A stretch of 64,000 nt of DNA from Bugula neritina (taxonomy: Eukaryota; Animalia; Bryozoa). The notes beneath the pieces were generated by a model. It was not told the origin of the DNA. It saw only the letters and a list, made by a program, of their open reading frames with translations, and ran no database searches. The position numbers and the translations under genes were made by a program. How positions within the stretch are numbered: the stretch's first letter is position 1; every line of letters starts with the position of its first letter. Positions 54,501 to 64,000 of this stretch are shown here, piece by piece. The DNA is taken from positions 4,806,662-4,870,661 of the forward strand of contig OZ037770.1 in assembly GCA_964035545.1 (NCBI GenBank). The letters are read 5' to 3'.

Positions 54501-57500
54501 AAGTATTGTTAATTAGTTTGACAATATGTAGTGTTGAAAAGCATAAAGCTATAAATTACAATTTTTTTGAGGCTATATGATATTAGAGTTTCTGAACACT
54601 TGAAAATAAATATGTTTCAGTTATTAGGCATTACATTTCCTATTGCTCTATAACCTTCTTTAAATAATACTATAACACCTACTTGTGGTTTACTAGAATC
54701 TATTCCCCATTACATGCTTATTAGCTTTCGGTAGTTTACTTTGAATTTGCTTTGTTGAATTAAATTTTTTTCTGAACTTTTTACCTGACTGACTGTGCTT
54801 AGCAATATAACATGTACAGTGTATATTATTATGACACAGTAGACTACATATATCATACCCTTTATAATTATTACAGTCTATGCCAGCTGACTCAGTTAGA
54901 GAAACTAAAGTTAAGAGGAAATCCTCTCAACACAATACCAGAAGTTGTGTCATCACTCACATCACTTGAAGAGTTGAATGTGGAGAAATGTGAATTATCT
55001 AATCTACCTGAGAGGTTTGTGTGTCACTACAAATTGTACATCATTTTTAACGTTCAATAGTTATTATTTTGTAGCAGAATTTCAGCACAGTAAATACTAC
55101 ATTAAGATGTTTATACTTTTTCTCTGCAAACCTCCATATGAATCTCGCCTTTACAGAGGAGATTGTCAATTAGCACACTATCTAGAAGATTCCCGACGTC
55201 ACAAATAAGTTTATAGTATTCCAATATCTTTTTTGAAATGCTTCCCATGAGAGGTTGACTAGGCTTTTCTTAAGAAATTGTTTTATCAAACCTTTTCATT
55301 ATATTATAATGATTGTTACTTCTGTACCCATAATTGGTATATATTGTAGTAATTTTAGTAATTACTAGTTTTGTGGGCTTCTAGCGAGCAATATCTTTAT
55401 ATTATCTTCCAATAATATCACGGCTTGTAACAGGAATGAATGATTTATTAATACGCAGTAAAAGTAGTAGCGAAACGATACATCCAATATCAAGGGTAAA
55501 AATATACATCTATCTTACACTAACTAGCTATCACACTCTGAGTATGGCTGCTATCTACATCCGGCGCCCTCCGCGCATTGCTGGGGGTCTCATGTGACGG
55601 ATATCGGATTGGCTGGGGAGCACGTGGGATAACATACTACACTCCCCACTACACTGCCCCCCACCCCAGCAGGAAGCCCACCATCCTGATAATACCAAAA
55701 TAAAAAAATAAAATAACAACAAAAAAACAATAAGATATCTGCATCAAAAGATCAAAATTTATACTTAGGCCAACGGTTTATTAAAAAAAAACATCTGGTT
55801 AAAATATAAAAATTAGGCACTATAAAACTAAGAGATTGTATCTGTATCAAGAGCTTTTTGTACGGCACCGAGAGATATGATGTGTAGAGAGACGGTAAGT
55901 GAGGCACCACCTGCGGCGTAGATCAGGAGGACAGCTGGAAAGAGTTAGGGACAGGGAAATAGAGAGGGGAAGGAGAACGTCATCTACGACACTGGGGTTG
56001 TCACAAAGACGGGTGTCTGGGCAATGTGGAAGGTAGACACTCAGTCTTTATCATCTCTCTTGAGCTGGGCCACAGAGTCCCGGAGAGCCTTGAGTTCAGA
56101 AGCGGCGGCTGATATCCTAGACGCCAACCTCTCTCTCTCTAGTTCATGCATCCGTTGCTCCATCTCTCTTAGATTTCTAGCAACAGAGGAGTGGCGTTTG
56201 GGGATGAAGACTGCCATCGCCACTTACGAGAGGGTCGAGGGAGACAGGTGAGGACGGGCATCATCTCTGGGGGACTTCTATCCGTTGTAAGACTACTCGG
56301 AGTACGATGTTGGGACGGGGCGCAGTGTGAGCGGGGGTGACAGGCGAGGTACCAGGGGCTTCCTAAGCCCAGGGGGTTTGGGGCAGGGTCCTTGGGTAAT
56401 GGCACGGGGAGCGGGAAATTCTTGGCTCAGCCGTTCGTAACGAGCAGGGTCTGAGATGAATGGCTTGATGAGGCCGAGAAAAGTAGGGAAGGAAAGCTTG
56501 TCCACATTGTAGAGATGTCCAACGTGACACTCCATAGTCTTCTGGTGACGGAGGGTGTAGTCCCTGTGGTAGCTGTACTCCCCACAGGGGCGGAAGGTGG
56601 TGATAAAATGTTGATGGATGTGTACTCGGAGGCGGCGAGGTGTGGTGAAATGCTGTTGACACAGCCGGCAGGTGGTGCAGTTGTCGTTTCCTCTATTTTG
56701 TTGAATCATGTTCTCGCTACCCTGGGTAACCCAGCTAGACCGGGTTATGAGTATCTCCGGTAGTGTAGCGGAAGTAGGTTCCGTCTCCCAAGCCATCTCC
56801 AATGGTGGCATATCATCATAGTTAGAACAGCGAGTGATATCTGAAAAAGCAGAATTATTGTTAGATCAAATTTGATCTTTACAGCATAATTCTGATGACA
56901 ATCGACTGTTACTAGTCTGAGAGTCATGCATCTTTTTGTACGGCACTCGAGAGACTGTGTTTGGACGTGTAGACTGGCTGAGAAACATAGTGTCAAGTTC
57001 CAGATCTAGTAGATCATCGGCCATTGTTATGTCCTCGTCGTCTTTCACGTTTAGCCCAGTCTCCAGCAATTGTGATTCAACCAGAGTGATAAAATCAGAA
57101 TTAACTGATGTCAGACCCGTTTCCATAGATAGGAATACTAGGGCTAGGCAGGCTTACTTTGGAACTTGGTATTTGGAATCATACTCAACGTTCAAGCTTG
57201 GATTTTAGTGGTTTTAGTATGTCTACCTTTGGTGATGTCAGCGTAAAAAAAGACTGGACAGCGTGTTTATTTCGCATGACTAGAACTGTTTGCCTCGGGC
57301 GCAATAATTCCACCTAATACTCCGCCCTCGCAAAAGTTGATATTTTCGCGGTGTTCACAACTTCCTTCGTTTCGCTACCAGTCTCTCAGTACCGCACCCA
57401 GCTTGGCCTTCATGTCTGCCGCTTGTAACGCAGTCGCATACGAAGTCTCAAATATACTAGGGGTTGCCTAGTACGTTGTCCACTTTCCAAGGGAAGTGGT

Positions 57501-60500
57501 GTACTAATTGGGGGAGATGGTGTAGTCACTGCTCGTGGCGGTGTACTCACTGGTGGACTGTTATGTTCCATCGGTGGCGTTTCCGGCCTACTATTGACTG
57601 CTGTATTATTTTCAAGATTTCCGGATACAGCCCTCCCCCGGGGGGTTTTGCAATTCCGGAGCTGAAACAGGTTCCGGAAGTGGTGGCGTTAGACTTGGCG
57701 CTGGGGGTGGTGGGCGCACTTCTGGTAACGGAAGTGGTCCTTCCTGCCTCACCAAGTCTTCTGCCCGCGGCATGACCACTTCATACTCTGGTTCATGTCG
57801 CCGCCGCCCACGTGTTGCTGTCTGCCTCCTGGGCTCTAACAACCGGGGGGGGGAGGGTTCTCCTGCCGCACCTGGGCTAGCCCAATACAGCTTCAAGCGA
57901 GCCTCATTCTGAATAGACACCTGTCCTGAGCGCTCAAGCTTGTAGGTGTGATTGGGCATCACTTCAACTACCGCGTAGGGTCCCACGAACTTAGGCTGTA
58001 GCTTAGCCGCCTGTCCTTGACGCCTACGGTAGTTGACCATCCACACCCAGTCTCTAACTTTGTAGAAGGGGGGTTCCTCGGAGTCTTCTTTTCGCACCTG
58101 CCACTGAATTTCCCGTAGTATTGTGTGTGCGACCTTCATTTGCTTTACCAATTTGCTGACATACTCGTGGATGGAGTAGTCCTGCTCAGGAATGTGGTAG
58201 GTGAGGTCATCTGGCACCCTAGTCTTTTGAACGAGCATCAGGAGGTTAGGGGTCTCACCAGTACTGGTGTGCGGTGTGTTACGATAGGCCCGCAAGACTT
58301 GCGGCAACACCGTATCCTATTCCTTCTGACTCCGGCTGAGGAGAAGACTGTGGAGTGCATCGCCCAGCATCCGGTTGTTGCGCTCCACCACTCCGTTTTC
58401 CTGGGGGTAGTATGGAGTGGTCCTGCTTTAATTTACTCCTCAGAGGCAGCAAAGATCGCTCATCAGCTGAGACTAAAATTGAGCCCCCTGGTCCGAATGT
58501 ATATGCTCAGGCAAGCCAAAATAGCAGAATACATGTTGGTCCAGCACCCTGGCCACTGTTGGAGCGGACGCATCTGGGATAGCCAGAGCGTCTGCCTACC
58601 TAGTGAAGTGGTCGGTTAATACTAGGATCCAACTGTTTCCTCTGGAGGTTAGGGGCATGGGTCCGACCAGGTTGACAGCCACCACTTGCCACGGCCTTCC
58701 AGCATATAGCCTCCACCGTCCCGCTTCACCAAGGAGACGACCATGCTTGCTGGCCTGGCAGATTTCGCACTGTCTTACTCTGATTCGTACATCACGCTCC
58801 ATGCTAGGCCAGTACCACCGAAGTTGTAATTTGGTCTGCACCCTCTGGACTCCTGCGTGAGCCTGTTTGTGGGTGTTCCATACTAACTCCCGGCGGATAG
58901 CAGCTGGGCAGACTACCCTCTTCTTCTCGGGGTGTCTGTTGCTTGCGGCCAATGTCATGGTCAGCAGATAATCCGGCCCGATCCGCAGGGAGTTCCAACG
59001 TTAACAATACAGCCGTAATTCGGCGCTTCTCTGCCTCAGCTTTTCTTCATTGGGTCGTCGCCCCTCCTTCTTGGCTTGGTACACGTCGGCTACCACTCCC
59101 AGAGGGTTTCCCTGGAGTTTCCGTAGCTCCCTAACGTTACTGGCCAAGACAGGGTTGGCGCGGAGGTTTTGTACTACCTTCGGAGGCGTACCTGCCTTCT
59201 GTTGGAGTTGACCCTGGTCCCAGTCATACTCTATCTCAGGGTGGTCCAGTGCCGTCAACTAGGACCGCAGGGGACTTCCATCCCTCTTCTCAATGTTGAG
59301 ACACTGCCTACACCCTTCGTCTGGTCGCCGGCTCAGTCCGTCTGCATTGCCGTGCTTCTTACCGGGTCGATGTTTGATCCGGTAAAATAACTCGGCCAGG
59401 ACCTCGAGCCATCTCGCGACCTGGCTAGACAGTTCTGCTCTCTCGCACAACCAAATCACAGAGGTGTGGTCCGTACGCAGCCGGAACTTCTGGCCGTATA
59501 GATAAGGTCTAAAGGTCTTCACTGACTTGATTAATGCCAGCAGTTTCTTGCGGGTAGTGCAGAAATGTCGTTCAGTGGGTGAGAGAGACTTGCTGTAGTA
59601 GGCTACTACTACTTCACTACGTTCCTGCACTTGCGACAGCACAGCGCCAACATTCTGGTCACTGGCGTCCGTGTCTAGGATATACTCCAGAGCGAAGTTT
59701 GGGTAGGCCAAGATAGGAGCCTCCAGCAGACGGCCCTTGAGGCAGTCGAACGCCCTCTGTTTGACGGAAGTCCACTTCCAGGTCACCCCCTTTGCGGTGA
59801 GCCGATTTAACGGCTGTGCCACCCCTGCAAAGTCTGGTATGTATTGCCTGTAATACCCTACCAGCCCCAGGAAAGCCTGAAGTCCGGTCAAATCGGGGGG
59901 GTAACCCAGTTTTCCACAGCTCGTACTTTTTCAGGATCAGTCGCCACGTAATGACGGCCGACGATGTGCCCCAGGTACCTCACCTCCGGCTGCAAGAGAG
60001 CGCACTTGGAGGGTTTGAGCTTCAGGTTGGCACCTCTGAGTCGTTCAAACACCTCCCGCAGACAACTGACGTGTGTCTGGAAGTCTGGGGAGATCACGAT
60101 GACTTCATTGAGGTAGAGTAGCAGTGTCTTCCAGTGGAGCCCACTGAGGACCTGTTCCATGAGCCTCTGAAATGTGGCAGGGGCGGAGGTCAACCCAAAG
60201 GGTAGTACTTTCCACTTCCACAATCCGTCCCGTGTGAGAAACACCGCCTTCTCCTGGGCGTCGGGACTCAGAGGGACCTGCCAACAACCGCTCAGCAAGT
60301 TTAGTGTACTAAAGTACTTGCTGCCGGCCAGGGCGTCCAGAGATTCATCAATCCGGGGTAAAGGATAGGCGTCCTGTATGGTTACGCTATTTAGTTTGCG
60401 GTAGTCCACGCGGAACCGCCAACTGCCGTCTTTCTTCTGGACCAGGACAACCGGCGAGCTTAATTCACTATGTGCTGGCTCCTTCTCTTTTTCCGGCCCC

Positions 60501-63500
60501 AACCTCCTCATGGGTTGCCAGGTAGGGAGAGTCCCCGCAGCCAACGGTATCTCATGACAGACAGCTCTAGTCAGGCCCAAGTCATGATCTCCGCTGCTGA
60601 ACACTTCGTTGTACTCGCATAGCAACTTGGCCATAGCCTGTCGCTCCCCGTTGCTCGCGCAGCTATCACAGGACGACTTGTACAACTCTTGGACATGTAG
60701 CGGGACGGTCCCCCGCCCTGGAGACGGGCGCTGTTGGGGACCTTCCGTCGCATCTCCCAGCGACGGCCCTATATCCTTTTCCTGAACAGAATGGAAACGG
60801 TCCAGTACGGACCCTGATGGTAGCTTTACCGCTTCTGAGAAGGGGTTGACACACTGTATCAAGATTTCTCCTCATTCAGTCAGCCGGTTAAGACTACTGG
60901 CGAGTTGGAATCTTGCGAGCGCGCCTTCGACAACTCCCAACCCAGAGATCTGGCTACTGTTTACTCTACAGTAAATGGTAGCCCGGGTACGGCCTGGTAT
61001 TGTACAGTTCCGTATTACCTGCACGCCTCCCACTAGGGGACGGCCAGACTTGTCGACACAAGTGAGCTCCTTGCCGGCCATCAGTATAGCTGACTTGTTA
61101 AAGTCAATGCGGCAACCATGTCGCTTCAAGAATGGCATCCCTAGTATAGCATCCTCCTCGAGTTGGCTGATGACGAAGGTTTCCTGGGTGGCCTGGTCGC
61201 GAACGCGCCCAGTCAGCTCTATTATACCGTAGAATGGGATCCGCGACCCGTCTGCAAGGGTGCCAGGTTCCCCGGTATAGGAAGCTAATTCTCTCCTCTC
61301 CTTAGAGGGAAGAGCGTCAAAGACCCGACGGCTGAGGAGATTCGTGGTACACCCGGAGTCTAACAAGAAAGTGACAGACCTGCCGGCCACCTTCCTGGTA
61401 AGAAATAGCTGTCTCCATGTGGTTGTACCCTTACTCCCCCAGCGTGCTCGGTCTCGGCCTGGTGGGGCAGTGCCCGTTTCGCCCGCGGTTTTCGGGGCCT
61501 CTTAGGGCGAGGTTTTCTCCGCGGAGGGGCGATTAGTTCCCCTCCGATGTCCGGATGGACCTTGCCAGCCGGCTCCATCTCTGGTAGCCAGCTGAAGCGG
61601 TTAGCGAGAGGCAGTGTGAATGGTTCCAGTCGCCCCTCTGGTCAACTGGTCCAACGGGGTGCCTGCCACTCGTGGGGGGTATACCGCGCTGTCCGTACGA
61701 ACGCCCTGCGGTATCCACCTCGTGGTTCCTTCATTCTCGGCCTGCGGGGTTTGGAGGCGTCCGCGAGCCGTTGAAGTTTAATCGTTTCCCATATAGTGGG
61801 CAACTCGAGCAGAGATTTCCTCGTGTGCCGCATCTTCAACATAAAGCAGCTGGCCTCAGAACCTCTACCCTCGGCCTCAAAGGTCCTTGGGTGGGTTCTG
61901 TGGGGTTGGCACGGGCTAGGATCGCCACCAACTGTTCTAACATGGCTATCATGCGGTCCACCTCCGCTTCAAGAGGAAGGGTGGTGGTGGCGGCAGCCAC
62001 TTGGACTGGATGGTCCGGTCCCGAAGTGATTTGTTGGGAACTCACTTTAGCTCGGTAGAATTGTTTGGCCAAGATATAGGCCTCACCTTCATGCAGTGCA
62101 TTCTCTATCGTAGTCACCCCTCTTGCATGAAGCTGGTGGTGGAAACCCAAATCATTGAGGGACTGTACAAAGGCGTCATAGGTGTAGTGTTCCCGGTGTG
62201 TTTCTGGCAAGTTGCTGTATGCGATCTGTGCCAGTCTCTTCACTAGGGTAGCATGATCCTGTAGTGGTGTGCGCGCTTCTTAGTGCAACCTTTGTAAACG
62301 GGCCCTGGCGTCCACAGCGGAGATGCCGAAACGGGCCCGCAGCGCAGCAAAGATCCCGTTTACACTGGATCCCAGTCCGTACGACTTCGCTTGCTTCATC
62401 AGCGCCGTCCGTAGTTGAATCAGGGGTACTCGTGGTGGCCATCGAGTGATGGCCATGACTTCGTTGAATTCTCGAATAAATTGTTCAACATCTTGTAGGC
62501 CCGTAACATACTACACTTCCCACTACAACATTATATATTTTTATAGTAACACAGTTTCTTATTATTGTCTAATAAGTAAGAAAACTACTTTCTTATATTT
62601 ATAATGACATCACATTGCAACATAATTGACTCAATCAACCGTATTGTGTAAAGCTCATTAGTAAAAAGTCACTTAGTAGATTATATAGTATGTTTGATTT
62701 AGGTAATTCAAGTTTTACTTTTAATTATTTTGAAATAAAAGATCTGCTTTTATATTGTAAACCGAAGATGACAAAAAAAATTATTAAATATTGCAACTTT
62801 TTTTTTCATGCTCTCCTTTGGTTATTTATCTCCAATTCTCAGTGTAATAGAAGCCAATTTTTATCTTATTCCTGTTCTCAAACAGCCTGTTAATATATTG
62901 TTTCATAATTAATTTACAATTCTAAATTACGAATCAACTGGCCTTTAAAGGTGCAACATGTTCCTGCAAGCCGATGACTTTCCAGAATTGTATTCTCTCA
63001 TAGTGAAATAATTCACAACTTCTATTTCCTGTCTAGAAACTATAATACATTTATTAGGGTAATTAGTGAGAGGTTGTGGCAGAAGTATTTTATTTTACTT
63101 GAAATTACTTTAATGCTTTGCGTAGATGTTTCAGAGCTGTACTGTGTTCCTATTTGATGATAAATTGCATGTATTATGGCACATAAAACAATATTCCTTA
63201 TAATGATAACATCCATATAGTAGAATATCAGTGTGAACAGTTACTCAGTGATCAGAAGTGTCAGAAGTATTTTATTTTCACTTCACATTACTTTAATGCC
63301 TTATGCAGATGCCACAGAGCTGTAGCCTACCGTGTTCCTATTTGCTGATAACTGTGTTGTGGCACATACTAGGAATTTTCTACTCTGTGGTATAAAATAT
63401 TATTCCTTCTGGTAGAATACCAGTGTGAACAGTTACTCAGTTATCTGCCATATAAAAAAAGATGATAGTATTACATGTAGGTTGTTTTTTTATGACAGTA

Positions 63501-64000
63501 CTTAGTACAAATGTAGCACTTTTTTTACCAAATATATACTTACAATTATACTGTTATATTATATATCTTTATAAAATAGTTAAAATGTTATGAATCATAT
63601 ATAATATGATACTCGTACATAATTGTAACTTAGACATACTTGTTTTCTTTCCTTAATTAATGTACTAATTCAAGGTATTGTATATAAACTTGTTATAGTA
63701 ACTGCAACTTAGTACTATATTATGTGTAATTATTGTTATACTAATATTGGGTATCTTTATGAAAACTATTATATCAATTACCTGTATAGCTAGGTCTAAT
63801 AATAGAAATCTTATATATTAATAGAATACAGAGATTAAAGAAGTTACAGAAACTCACAATTTCAGAGAATAACTTCACCAGTCTACCTTCTTCAGTGTGT
63901 GCATTGAGTAATCTGCACACATTGGATATAGGCAGCAACAGATCCATGACAGCCTTGAACCCTGAGATACTACAGCTAACACATCTTGAGTTCTTCTATA
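45557..64000 (+). CDS. LRR-ROC-COR(-caspase) gene, copy B, 5' part: first coding exon 45557-45783, 16 LRR exons 46339-55014, then LRR/ROC exon from 63825 running off the window
   Basis: ATG exon (MGIWLRHSG...LKLEGTIPSNIGEIAG...SLD) ends in phase 2. All LRR exons are phase 2/2. The exon at 63825 begins in phase 2 and nearly duplicates 2357-2530 (IQRLKKLQKLTISENNFTSLPSSVCAL). Confidence 0.87.
46339..55014 (+). repeat. Array of 16 LRR cassette exons (two 23-aa LRRs each) starting at 46339, 46920, 47498, 48056, 48624, 49192, 49760, 50337, 50895 (129 bp), 51421, 52001, 52559, 53139, 53701, 54297 and 54877
   Basis: Each is flanked by (a/g)cag and gttt. Consensus LCQLTQLEKLxIxxNPLNTVPEVVSSLTSLKELxMxxCxLSTLPER; no stops or frameshifts in any exon; period ~525-595 bp. 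Confidence 0.95.
55345..55653 (-). repeat. 3' LTR (TGTAG...CTACA) with adjacent polypurine tract
   Basis: Inverted termini; its right end matches 62504-62527; a C-rich tract follows at 55656-55668. Confidence 0.85.
56041..56811 (-). pseudogene. Extra ORF (C2H2-like zinc finger, Pro-rich linker, coiled coil) between pol and 3' LTR
   Basis: TCRLCQQHFTTPRRLRVHIHQHFITTFRPCGEYSYHRDYTLRHQKTMEC and NLREMEQRMHELERERLASRISAAASELKALRDSVAQLKR. Confidence 0.7.
62655..64000 (+). repeat. Paralogue of 1165-2530 (intron + LRR/ROC exon start), offset ~61.5 kb
   Basis: Colinear near-identity from tcattagtaaaaa.tcacttagtag to gctaacacatcttg. Confidence 0.95.

Larger units (their letters stand above)
55345..62527 (-). 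mobile_element. Ty3/Gypsy LTR retrotransposon (decayed gag-PR-RT-RNaseH-IN plus extra ORF), antisense in the intron of copy B
   Basis: 3' LTR 55345-55653; only a 24-bp remnant of the 5' LTR survives (62504-62527); TSD ATAT/ACAT. Protease LLDSGCT (60872-61390), RT (59888-60862), RNase H LDTDAS (59259-59891), integrase HHCC, core and GPY (57612-58958). Confidence 0.95.

Noticed and set aside
46339-55014. CRISPR-like or DGR-like repeat/variable pattern
   Set aside because: The units are spliceosomal exons plus introns in a eukaryote. There are no cas genes, the changes are not obviously adenine-specific, and the nearby RT is an ordinary decayed Gypsy RT.
57464-62449. Numerous plus-strand ORFs within the Gypsy elements
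   Set aside because: Antisense shadows of GC-rich gag/pol sequence with no independent motifs.

Overview
AT-rich, intron-containing animal (invertebrate-type) genomic DNA; nothing prokaryotic is present. The main feature is a tandem cluster of + strand genes that encode an LRR-ROC(GTPase)-COR-caspase fusion. Copy A supplies its 3' half (2357-8591): a large LRR/ROC/COR exon spliced in frame to a complete caspase p20+p10 domain. Copy B supplies its 5' half (45557-64000): an N-terminal exon, then 16 tandem phase-2/2 LRR exons (15 of 138 bp, one of 129 bp) whose framework is almost invariant but whose concave-face residues are hypervariable, then a Gypsy-filled intron and the start of the same LRR/ROC exon. 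A third, decayed copy lies near 39.4 kb. Together these suggest a polymorphic intracellular sensor wired directly to a caspase. Between the copies lie an internally deleted Gypsy element nested in an RTE-like LINE, a 9-exon proline/hydroxyproline dehydrogenase (PRODH2-like) gene with unusual active-site residues, and a ~4.8 kb tandem duplication carrying orphan RPF1 3' exons and the 3' end of a single-pass membrane gene. Both Gypsy families carry a conserved extra zinc-finger/coiled-coil ORF after pol. All exon structures were inferred by eye from GT-AG sites and reading-frame continuity; no searches were run and no transcript evidence was available.
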